Positions 8,641 to 15,697 of a stretch of DNA of 39,256 bases are shown in pieces. The stretch covers positions 1 to 39,256 of IMG/VR virus record IMGVR_UViG_3300009678_001044; one strand, written 5' to 3'. Position numbers and translations under genes: made by a program. This DNA is from a virus. Its lineage: Duplodnaviria > Caudoviricetes. The first letter of the stretch is position 1. Each line of letters starts with the position of its first letter. Under the pieces are notes generated by a model that worked only from the letters and a program-made list of their open reading frames with translations, did no database searches and was not told where the DNA came from.

Positions 8641-8830
8641 GTTCATCCTCGCTTTCATTGTTGGATTTGAAATAAGCGTTAAATTCCCCTTTGAACTGCT
8701 CGCTGATGTATCTCCCCGCATGGTACAGCGTCATCCATACCGGATTGTCAACGCTGATCCATGTGACGCTTCTCTGTGCGTGCTCGATGATCTTCCCGGC
8801 CTGTTCGAGTGCATTGAGCTGTAATGTCAT
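8624..8830 (-). CDS. Hypothetical protein
   Basis: Start 8830 after GAAAGGGGACACG. Confidence 0.65.
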   Translation of the reverse strand: MTLQLNALEQAGKIIEHAQRSVTWISVDNPVWMTLYHAGRYISEQFKGEFNAYFKSNNESEDEHGTRD

Positions 8831-8841
8831 CGTGTCCCCTT

Positions 8842-9495
8842 TCACCATGTGAACCCCAGCGATTCGATTGCAGCGCGGAATTCCAGCATCAATCCTGGCA
8901 AGCGTGCCTCAAGCCGTTCTTTGAGTCCATCGGCTGTCAGATCCTCATCGGTTGCGTCCGGCCATACAGCGCTTGAGCGTGCGCGATCTAATTCGCGTTC
9001 TTTCCCTTTCCCTATCATCTCGCAAGGTTCCCACTCCAGCGTAATCGGCGCGGGCTTCTCACTCGCGTAAATCTCTTGTGGGGATGGCGTTCTTAGTTTC
9101 CAATTAGGCACACCCTCAATTCCCCCGTTCTGGAGTTTCCCCCGTGAAGTGTGCTGTCTGAATTCTCCCTTTCGAAGCCCCCAGCAATCCTTGTCCCCCG
9201 CGTGATACAGCACATTCCCCGGATAGTGCATCGGCCCGTCGGTGCTGCATAGGTGCCACTTGATGAACGGTTGCAGCTCCGGGAAGTGTTCTGCAATCAG
9301 GTCATGTATGCATCCGCCCTGGCCGTCGGTTGTGCTTCCCGTGATGCTGAAACTGTTATGCCCGTTCCCGCACTCATCATCAAAGCGAACGGTGGCTCTG
9401 ATATGTGCTCCGTTCGGGCGCATTTCTTTCGGACCGTATACCCGCGTTTGTTTCTTTGTGAGCTTGCTTTCGGTTGTGATGGGAAGTGTTTTCAT
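8842..9495 (-). CDS. Conserved-looking phage protein (DDECGNGHNSFSITG...GGCIHD...KWHL...GPMHY)
   Basis: His/Cys-rich motifs; start 9495 after GGGGGGACGAA with ATGA overlap. Confidence 0.8.
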   Translation of the reverse strand: MKTLPITTESKLTKKQTRVYGPKEMRPNGAHIRATVRFDDECGNGHNSFSITGSTTDGQGGCIHDLIAEHFPELQPFIKWHLCSTDGPMHYPGNVLYHAGDKDCWGLRKGEFRQHTSRGKLQNGGIEGVPNWKLRTPSPQEIYASEKPAPITLEWEPCEMIGKGKERELDRARSSAVWPDATDEDLTADGLKERLEARLPGLMLEFRAAIESLGFTW

Positions 9496-9698
9496 TTCGT
9501 CCCCCCGTTTGGTCCGCATTCGCCCGCGACATACAGCATCCACCGCTCGCGCTTGAACTTGCTGCTTTGTCGCTTGCAAAAATCCGCGAGAGCTTCGATT
9601 TGATCCTGGGTGAACGGCGTATGCGCGTCATTGTTCTTTGCTACCCGGTTGTGCTCGCGAATATCGTCCGCGAGTGCAATGAAATTTCCCTTTGTCAT
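9492..9698 (-). CDS. Small phage early protein (MTK..FIALAD...LADFC...F.RERW)
   Basis: GAGGGGGAATTC RBS; motif pattern of a common phage early family. Confidence 0.75.
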   Translation of the reverse strand: MTKGNFIALADDIREHNRVAKNNDAHTPFTQDQIEALADFCKRQSSKFKRERWMLYVAGECGPNGGTK

Positions 9699-9747
9699 GA
9701 ATTCCCCCTCCCAGGGGTAACTGCGAATTGAATTAGAAATAGAGCCG

Positions 9748-9849
9748 TCAGGCTCGTTTACTGAATGCCCGCGTGATCCCATTAATCACACACGGTCCGA
9801 CAACCGCGCATAGGATGACGAGTTGGTATAGTTCAAGGCGGAGATACAT
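9748..9849 (-). CDS. 33-aa hydrophobic peptide
   Basis: MYLRLELYQLVILCAVVGPCVINGITRAFSKRA; GAGGTG RBS, starts 2 nt after the previous stop. Confidence 0.45.
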   Translation of the reverse strand: MYLRLELYQLVILCAVVGPCVINGITRAFSKRA

Positions 9850-9851
9850 GG

Positions 9852-10139
9852 TTACGCACCTCGCACGCGAATTGATTTACTGTCAATGATTGCCTTGCGG
9901 GCGTCTTCACACACTTGCTTGACCATTCCGCTGAAATAACTCCCGCACCTTCCCGGATCGCCCTTCGCCTCATACTCTCGATTCTGTTTTCCACACTCGC
10001 GATGATCCATGAACGAATCGAGTGACTCATAGATACATCCGCCCAGGTAGTCATCCGCGATCTTGCCAAGCGTCTTATGGATTACCTTGGCATGAGCACA
10101 AAAGGCAATGAACTTCCCAGACTGAAGCCCGCGTGTTAC
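9852..10139 (-). pseudogene. 5'-truncated phage gene (...DDYLGGCIY...FMDHRECG...GRCGSYF...)
   Basis: 95 protein-like codons with no start codon or RBS at the 5' end; in-frame TAA immediately upstream at 10142-10140. Confidence 0.65.
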
Positions 10140-10376
10140 TTATACAGCGCTGGAGAGGTTGAACTGCGTATCCCAGTCACACGTTTCAATGCCGACACTC
10201 CTAGCGAATTCAAAGGAGCGTATCCAACCGACCGCCAGATCAAGCGCGCGTTTGGTGTGAGCTGTAGGATTGAAACCGATGGCGACGACCTGTGTATTTA
10301 TGTGAACCGCTCACGGGATAGCTATCCCCTCGGAGAGATGCATTGTGAATCCCATGACAGCTTGAGCCCCGCCTAG
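10140..10376 (+). pseudogene. Inverted, 5'-truncated early-gene fragment (GEVELRIP...YPTDRQIKRAFG...DGDDL.IYVNR.RDSYPLGE)
   Basis: Protein-like only from ~10140; opposite to the surrounding operon; the first ~21 codons of ORF 10077..10376 are antisense of the 9852-10139 fragment. Confidence 0.55.
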
Positions 10377-10479
10377 GTGTCTAGCCGAAAGTGCATCATC
10401 GACTACAAATGAAACGTAAGGGATTGCCATTGCACGTGTCATGAGTGTGTCTCCTTTCAATGTGTGTGTGTGTGGATGA

Positions 10480-10824
10480 CTAAGAGTAGTTGCCGCGTTC
10501 GACGATATCGCCCCAGGATGAGACGATATAGCGACCATTGCTGAAGCGGATGATTGTTGCATCGTAGCTGTCGCCCGTGTTGCTGTACTCGAATGACAAG
10601 CTCTTCCCAGTGCCTTTCACGTATTCGCAACCGTAGTTCTCAAGCTCAGCGTCGATTGCGGTCATTCGCTTATGAACGATGGATGGCGAATGGTAGCACT
10701 GTCGCTCAAGCTCAATGACGGCTGGATGAGAATTGACAGCATCAAGGCTTGTAAGGAGCTGTCGGAGTCGCTTTCCTTTGCCGGGGAATGCGCGTTCCAA
10801 TGTGCGGATGGATGGCAGGTTCAT
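10480..10824 (-). CDS. Phage early protein (Y.NTGDSY..T...SSWGDIVER)
   Basis: 114 aa; AAAGGAGACACACACC RBS; TTGACA at 10896-10891 upstream. Confidence 0.8.
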   Translation of the reverse strand: MNLPSIRTLERAFPGKGKRLRQLLTSLDAVNSHPAVIELERQCYHSPSIVHKRMTAIDAELENYGCEYVKGTGKSLSFEYSNTGDSYDATIIRFSNGRYIVSSWGDIVERGNYS

Positions 10825-10897
10825 GGTGTGTGTCTCCTTTGTATCGGGGATAAGTTAGGGCTTGGGATAGTGAGGTAGCATGATGGGAGATGTCAAG

Positions 10898-11095
10898 TTA
10901 ATTGTAGAGAAATGAGTTTAGTTGGGCTTTGCACTTCTCGCAATGGTCGGCGCAATCCATAAGTAATTGGATCGCAACCGGGTCGCTTGGGCGAACGTGG
11001 CGTGCGTAGTGCAAGTCAAATAGGTGCACTCCAACGGTGTGCTCGCGTGCGTCAAGCTGGATTGTTTCGAGTGTGAATACTGGGTATGCGTTCAT
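10898..11095 (-). CDS. Hypothetical protein, first gene of leftward operon
   Basis: Start 11095 after GAGGGACATCACA; C-terminal C..HCEKC. Confidence 0.6.
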   Translation of the reverse strand: MNAYPVFTLETIQLDAREHTVGVHLFDLHYARHVRPSDPVAIQLLMDCADHCEKCKAQLNSFLYN

Positions 11096-11150
11096 TGTGA
11101 TGTCCCTCAACGTTGAATAATGTGTATCGCGCTCCAACCGCGTTTCGCTC

Positions 11151-11178
11151 ATTATATAGGTGAGAATTGCAATGTCAA
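11151..11178 (-). promoter_or_regulatory. Consensus sigma70 promoter, leftward
   Basis: TTGACA (11178-11173)-N16-TATAAT (11156-11151). Confidence 0.8.
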
Positions 11179-11345
11179 GCGAAAAATGCACACGGATGAA
11201 AATAGTTATGAGCCTACTAATCCGGGCGAATAGCACGACCAGTCCGGCTCATCGGATCGGCTCGCATATACATATAGTATGTGCTCGCGCTCGATTGTCC
11301 CCTTGTCCTCCCGCTCACTTGTCATGGTGGAGATGTCGCTAGTGG

Positions 11346-11420
11346 TCCAGGTGATCGGGCTTGCTTGCTCGCTGATCCAGGTGATCCAGGTGATCGGCGT
11401 GATCCAGGTGATCGGCTGAT
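11346..11420. repeat. 9-bp tandem repeat array (TGATCCAGG/TGATCGGCG)
   Basis: TCCAGGTGATC at 11346, 11376, 11385, 11403; six GATC sites, five in 9-bp phase. Confidence 0.85.
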
Positions 11421-11559
11421 GATAGCTGTCACACACGCAGAGCCAGTGCCAATGCCCAGCATAGTCCCGAAGGGACAGTTGTCCGAGGGTTGGGTGGCGG
11501 GTGTGTGCGTAGCAGGGGCCGGGACTCGTAAATTTTTTTTTTCCTTTCCCGCATATCCC

Positions 11560-11588
11560 TTGACACCTATATAGAACCTATATAGCAT
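11560..11588 (+). promoter_or_regulatory. Rightward sigma70-like promoter with duplicated CCTATATAG boxes
   Basis: TTGACA-N17-TAGCAT; CCTATATAG at 11566 and 11577; T10 tract at 11533-11542 upstream. Confidence 0.65.
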
Positions 11589-11597
11589 ACCCATTGT

Positions 11598-11715
11598 GCT
11601 CCCCGTGCCCGTGCGAGCCGAGTCCCGATGCTCACTTACGGAACCAGAGGACAGAAGCGTGAGAGTCGCACATGGTTAGGGACGTTCAAATCGTCCAGCT
11701 CTCACGGCGGGGAGC
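11598..11715 (+). ncRNA. Structured leader RNA with tRNA-like T-arm/acceptor minihelix
   Basis: Outer stem GCTCCCC/GGGGAGC; GTGAGAG/CTCTCAC stem; GGACG-TTCAAAT-CGTCC arm at 11680-11696. Confidence 0.45.
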
Positions 11716-11736
11716 TACATTCACATCAAGGAACAC

Positions 11737-11982
11737 ATGAAGCGCACCTCTCCCATTCGTGTTGTCGAAGGGACATTGATGAAGTTGCGATTGAAGGACA
11801 GCATCGTGCTCGGCCTCACCTTCCAGTGCCCGTGTGGGAGAACGAACAGGTGCAAGGTATCGAGTATCATCGGGCAGAACGATCAGCAGGTACAGTTCAA
11901 GTGCGGGAAGTGTAAGGCGATTGTGAGCCTCCCGAAGAAGAAAGAGGACATCGAGAAGCAGATTGGAGTTGCCCATGCCTGA
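11737..11982 (+). CDS. Small Zn-ribbon protein
   Basis: CPCG and CGKC motifs; AAGGAACAC RBS. Confidence 0.65.
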   Translation: MKRTSPIRVVEGTLMKLRLKDSIVLGLTFQCPCGRTNRCKVSSIIGQNDQQVQFKCGKCKAIVSLPKKKEDIEKQIGVAHA

Positions 11983-12202
11983 ATCGGATCTCAAGCGCTT
12001 CTCGGAGTTCGTGAGGATGGGACAGCAGGTCGAGTTCTTCGCCGCCTGTGGGAAGTGTCAGGAGATCATCGTGGACGATACGGGGAGTATGGGAGGATTG
12101 TTCTGTCCGATCTGTGGCGACGGGAGACCGATGCTGAGAGCGCGGACGAGAGAAGAAGCGGAGAACTTCCTCAAGGAACAGAAGGAGCAACTTTATGGAT
12201 AG
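11975..12202 (+). CDS. Small Zn-ribbon protein
   Basis: CGKC...CPICG; GGAG RBS before ATG 11975. Confidence 0.65.
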   Translation: MPESDLKRFSEFVRMGQQVEFFAACGKCQEIIVDDTGSMGGLFCPICGDGRPMLRARTREEAENFLKEQKEQLYG

Positions 12203-12413
12203 TTCTCACGAACTTGGTCAATCACTAGTTTCCTATCACGAAGGCTGGTGTGGTTGGTGCAGAAGAACACGAACAATCCGGCGAGAGGATTCTGGAACAG
12301 TTGGGAAGGATCACGCCTATAAGGAGCAGTGCGAGCAGTGTGGGAGAACTCTTTGTACGGGCAGAACGCTTCAGCCTCCATTAGATGTGGATAGAGCGAA
12401 GCTCGATGGGTAA
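12195..12413 (+). CDS. Small Zn-ribbon protein
   Basis: CGWC...CEQCG; AAGGAG RBS. Confidence 0.65.
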   Translation: MDSSHELGQSLVSYHEGWCGWCRRTRTIRREDSGTVGKDHAYKEQCEQCGRTLCTGRTLQPPLDVDRAKLDG

Positions 12414-12588
12414 GTTCAAGATCAAACGTCCAGCGAAGGGCTATCAGATGACCAGCGTGAACCTCACGAAAGAAGATCGGGAGATCCTCGCGCGATTGAT
12501 GAAGGTGTTCCAGATGAAGATGGGAGAGGTGATCCGGTACGCATTGCGGCAGACGAAGGATCGCCTGGATCGGGAGATTGGCGTATGA
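12406..12588 (+). CDS. Ribbon-helix-helix (CopG/Arc-like) DNA-binding protein
   Basis: MTSVNLTKEDREILARLMKVFQMKMGEVIRYAL fits the beta-alpha-alpha RHH pattern. Confidence 0.7.
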   Translation: MGKFKIKRPAKGYQMTSVNLTKEDREILARLMKVFQMKMGEVIRYALRQTKDRLDREIGV

Positions 12589-12983
12589 GCTGGGAGCACT
12601 ACCCCAAAGCCAGCGTCGAAGGGCTACGCGAACGGTTGAAGAAGGAGAAGCCGAGACCGAGACGGGTAGCGAGAACGCCCAACCAAGGGAGGCCACTTTC
12701 GAAAATCACCACGCCCTCCGAAATCTTGTTTGAAATGCAACTCCAGTCGCGGGGAACGATCGAGATCGATATCGCAATCCGGACGCTGGACCCATTCAGA
12801 TACGAAAGGAAGCCCATTGGAGAGCCCACGAGGATCATTGGATTGGAGCCAGGGGAGATCATGAAGCTCCGACGGGACATCGAGGGGTTCCTCATATGGT
12901 GGCGCGGGGAGCTGGCGATCGAGAGGGGCACAGCGGCGGGGGTTCTGGAAAGGATGAAAATTGTTAACGCTGGGGACAAGTGA
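12585..12983 (+). CDS. Hypothetical protein
   Basis: 132 aa, ATGA overlap with upstream gene. Confidence 0.65.
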   Translation: MSWEHYPKASVEGLRERLKKEKPRPRRVARTPNQGRPLSKITTPSEILFEMQLQSRGTIEIDIAIRTLDPFRYERKPIGEPTRIIGLEPGEIMKLRRDIEGFLIWWRGELAIERGTAAGVLERMKIVNAGDK

Positions 12984-13341
12984 TTCGTCCGATTTCTCCC
13001 GGAAGAAGCAGCGCCTGCGGAAGGAGATGGGGTTATCGATCCCTGAGTTCCGCAGGGTTGCGCTCCCTGCACGGATGCAGATTCTGGTATGGAAGGGAAG
13101 GAAGTGCATCATTCTCCATAAGAAGAAAGGGAATGCGCGTCCGAGCGCGATACGGGAGCCGAAGCAGGTACGGTGTGTGGTCTTCATCTCCGACAGACTA
13201 TGGAAAAGGATACATAGTGAGCGGAAGCGGAGCACACTGAGGGAACGGAAGGAACAGCGGATTGCGTTACTCGCGTATTATCTGGAGTGTGTGAAGCGGA
13301 GAGGGGGGTATCGGTGGGAGCCGATCAGCTACAGGATGTGA
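12961..13341 (+). CDS. Basic hypothetical protein (start uncertain)
   Basis: Fills the operon; its stop overlaps the next GTG start. The alternative frame 12980..13240 looks less protein-like. Confidence 0.45.
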   Translation: MLTLGTSDSSDFSRKKQRLRKEMGLSIPEFRRVALPARMQILVWKGRKCIILHKKKGNARPSAIREPKQVRCVVFISDRLWKRIHSERKRSTLRERKEQRIALLAYYLECVKRRGGYRWEPISYRM

Positions 13342-13565
13342 ACGGCGGCGGGCGCAGGAAACGAGATCGGAACATTGTGGGAGTTGCTGTGGACCCGCCC
13401 ATCCCCTGCCCGATCTGTACATCCATCACGGATGTATTCGAGAAGATCATGATTAACGACAAGGTAACGCTCGTGTGCTCGGAGTGCATGGATGGGATTC
13501 TGAAGAAGCTGGGGGAGCAATGGGCGAGGAAAGTGATGAACATGGAAGGCGATCCGGACTATTAA
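13338..13565 (+). CDS. Small Zn-finger protein
   Basis: CPIC...CSEC; GTGA overlap. Confidence 0.6.
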   Translation: MNGGGRRKRDRNIVGVAVDPPIPCPICTSITDVFEKIMINDKVTLVCSECMDGILKKLGEQWARKVMNMEGDPDY

Positions 13566-13577
13566 AGGAGACAGAGA

Positions 13578-14129
13578 ATGGAGCCAATCTCGCAGGAATA
13601 CATGCCCCTCGACGGGAGCGAACTACTCGAAGTGATACGCAGGAAGGGCATGAAGATGCTGGAGAAGTACAATCAGTATTTCGGGAAGCATCTGGCGTAC
13701 CATAATCCGTGGATACGGTTGGCGATTAATGTTCAGTGTTATACGCCGGAGAAAACGCCGAACGATGGGGGATTCGAGATCATGGTCGATCTGGGGGGGA
13801 TCATTCTGGAACCCGATCGCGTGAGGGACGAGTTGGGGTTGGGGACCTATGAGACGAAGCTCGTGGATGAGTACAGTGGAACGCTCGCGCAGGTGAAGGT
13901 CGGCGTGAGAGATCCGGTAGAGACGGCGGCTACGCTGGAAAAGGTGGCGCGGTTGCTTGATGGGAAGAAGGAAGAGGAAGTGATTCCGAAGAAGCCGCCA
14001 CGCCCTCGCGGGAAGACAACACGCAAACGGAAGCGGAGCGGGTGGCCGAAAGGGAAGCCACGCGGCCCGCGCAAGCCTGTAGTTCCGGTTGAAATAGCAT
14101 CTCCTGTTGCAGTAGAGGTAACATCATAA
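13578..14129 (+). CDS. Hypothetical protein with basic AT-hook-like tail
   Basis: AAAGGAGA RBS; KKPPRPRGK...GWPKGKPRGPRK. Confidence 0.75.
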   Translation: MEPISQEYMPLDGSELLEVIRRKGMKMLEKYNQYFGKHLAYHNPWIRLAINVQCYTPEKTPNDGGFEIMVDLGGIILEPDRVRDELGLGTYETKLVDEYSGTLAQVKVGVRDPVETAATLEKVARLLDGKKEEEVIPKKPPRPRGKTTRKRKRSGWPKGKPRGPRKPVVPVEIASPVAVEVTS

Positions 14130-14599
14130 TGGATATCACACTGCTGTCTCATGGAATGCGCTACGTTGGCATCTCGGAGCTGAGCGGGAAGAAGAACCAT
14201 CCGCTGATCTCGTGGTGGATTTCGCTCTGCGGGTTTGATCTGGATGCTGCCGATGAGATCCCCTGGTGCTCTGCGTTCGTCAATGGGATGGCGTGGGACC
14301 TGCGGCTGGCGCGATCCAGTAGCTTAGCCGCTCGGAGTTGGCTGGAGGTGGGGAGAATTATTGGATTAAACGAGGCGTCTCCGGGGTGGGATATCGTAGT
14401 GCTGAAGAGGGGACTAGATCCCCAGCCGGGACCGGACATTATTAAAGCCCCTGGTCATGTAGGGATCTATGCTGGAACTGGGCTTTCCCCAAACGTGGGA
14501 GTATCGAGCGTGAGTGTTCTCGGTGGGAATCAAAGTAATCGGGTGAGTGTTGCTTCGTTTCCACTAGCAAGGATACTGGGGATAAGGAGACTCCTATGA
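14129..14599 (+). CDS. TIGR02594-family NlpC/P60-like peptidoglycan hydrolase (endolysin candidate)
   Basis: DEIPWCSAFVN, ARSWL, DIVVLKRG, GHVGIY, LGGNQSNRV. Confidence 0.88.
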   Translation: MDITLLSHGMRYVGISELSGKKNHPLISWWISLCGFDLDAADEIPWCSAFVNGMAWDLRLARSSSLAARSWLEVGRIIGLNEASPGWDIVVLKRGLDPQPGPDIIKAPGHVGIYAGTGLSPNVGVSSVSVLGGNQSNRVSVASFPLARILGIRRLL

Positions 14600-14853
14600 G
14601 ACTCTTTCGATTGATCCAGGTGCTGGAGAGGATCGCGTGTGCATTGGAAGCACTGGCCCCTGCCAAACCCACTTTCCATCAGCCGAACGTGAAGTATCCG
14701 GATCTGGGGATTACAGCGGTGGATAACGAGACGCTATGTGCGCTGGAGGATGAGGAGGAACGGCAGATGAAATCGCGGGAGGATAAACTCATGAAAGAAT
14801 ACGCTGAGTATGTCCAGTGGCGGGAGAGGAATGTGACGAAGGGAGCGACATGA
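14596..14853 (+). CDS. Hypothetical protein
   Basis: AAGGAG RBS, ATGA overlaps. Confidence 0.65.
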   Translation: MRLFRLIQVLERIACALEALAPAKPTFHQPNVKYPDLGITAVDNETLCALEDEEERQMKSREDKLMKEYAEYVQWRERNVTKGAT

Positions 14854-15056
14854 CAAAAGAGCGGTTCATTGAAATCTTGATGGAGAACAACCTTACTCAA
14901 GGTGACTCGGATATTGCGAAGGACGCAGCGAAGGAGCTGTGGGACACGCGACCGCCCGAGGTAGACACGATGTCTGAGGAGGAAGTGATCCGTGCGTTGA
15001 GGCTTGCGCTCCTGATATTCTCACTCCAGAAATCATTAAAGGTAGGGTTGAATTAA
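14850..15056 (+). CDS. Hypothetical protein
   Basis: GGGAG RBS, overlaps both neighbours. Confidence 0.6.
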   Translation: MTKERFIEILMENNLTQGDSDIAKDAAKELWDTRPPEVDTMSEEEVIRALRLALLIFSLQKSLKVGLN

Positions 15057-15697
15057 TGAAGAAACGACGACCCCAATCACACGTACCGCGCACACCCTCT
15101 CGACTCAAACAGTTTCGGAAGAAGGGAGCGCGGTTGGGAAAGAAGGAACCTGCAATCACGATCGATGCCAGCAGGGAGAAGGATGTGAGTGTGCTCCCGG
15201 TGAAGGTCAATGGCGGTGCGCTGGCTTCGAAGACATCGTTACTCACCGTGGATCGGGTGGCGGAGGATGTGGGCGGACGGCAGGAACTCGTCAACATGTG
15301 CCGGTTGAGCGATGCGCCGGAAGCCATCGAGTTCGTCCGGAAGTGCGAGATCGACAAGGATGCGAGTCTGGAGAACATACTCGCCAGTATGAACGTGCGG
15401 TTTAGTGCGATCCTTGCGAGTGTGGTTCCGGCGTTGTGTGAGTATGGGGGGCAGGTGAGCAGGCTGATAAACGCGCTGAAGAGCCCGGAAATGATGAAGG
15501 CCAGCATAAAAGTCGCGATCAACGATGGCGCGTTCGGATTCGCAGATCGGAAGATGCAACTGGAGATCGCGGGGATCGTGGAGAAGCAGCGGGGCACGAC
15601 GATTATCGGGCAGCTCAATCAGCAGGGGGGCGGGATGGAACGCCCGGAAGCGACATACTCCGGGGTCGCGACGAGGGTTGACGAGGACGAAGAGTAA
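15056..15697 (+). CDS. Probable terminase small subunit
   Basis: Helical 213-aa protein coupled (TAATG) to the large terminase; positional call. Confidence 0.5.
   Translation: MKKRRPQSHVPRTPSRLKQFRKKGARLGKKEPAITIDASREKDVSVLPVKVNGGALASKTSLLTVDRVAEDVGGRQELVNMCRLSDAPEAIEFVRKCEIDKDASLENILASMNVRFSAILASVVPALCEYGGQVSRLINALKSPEMMKASIKVAINDGAFGFADRKMQLEIAGIVEKQRGTTIIGQLNQQGGGMERPEATYSGVATRVDEDEE

Noticed and set aside
11346-11420. Possible CRISPR mini-array
   Set aside because: Units are 9 bp with no unique spacers; no cas genes.
11632-11707. Canonical tRNA gene
   Set aside because: T-arm present but no full D-arm, anticodon arm or CCA; reported only as tRNA-like.
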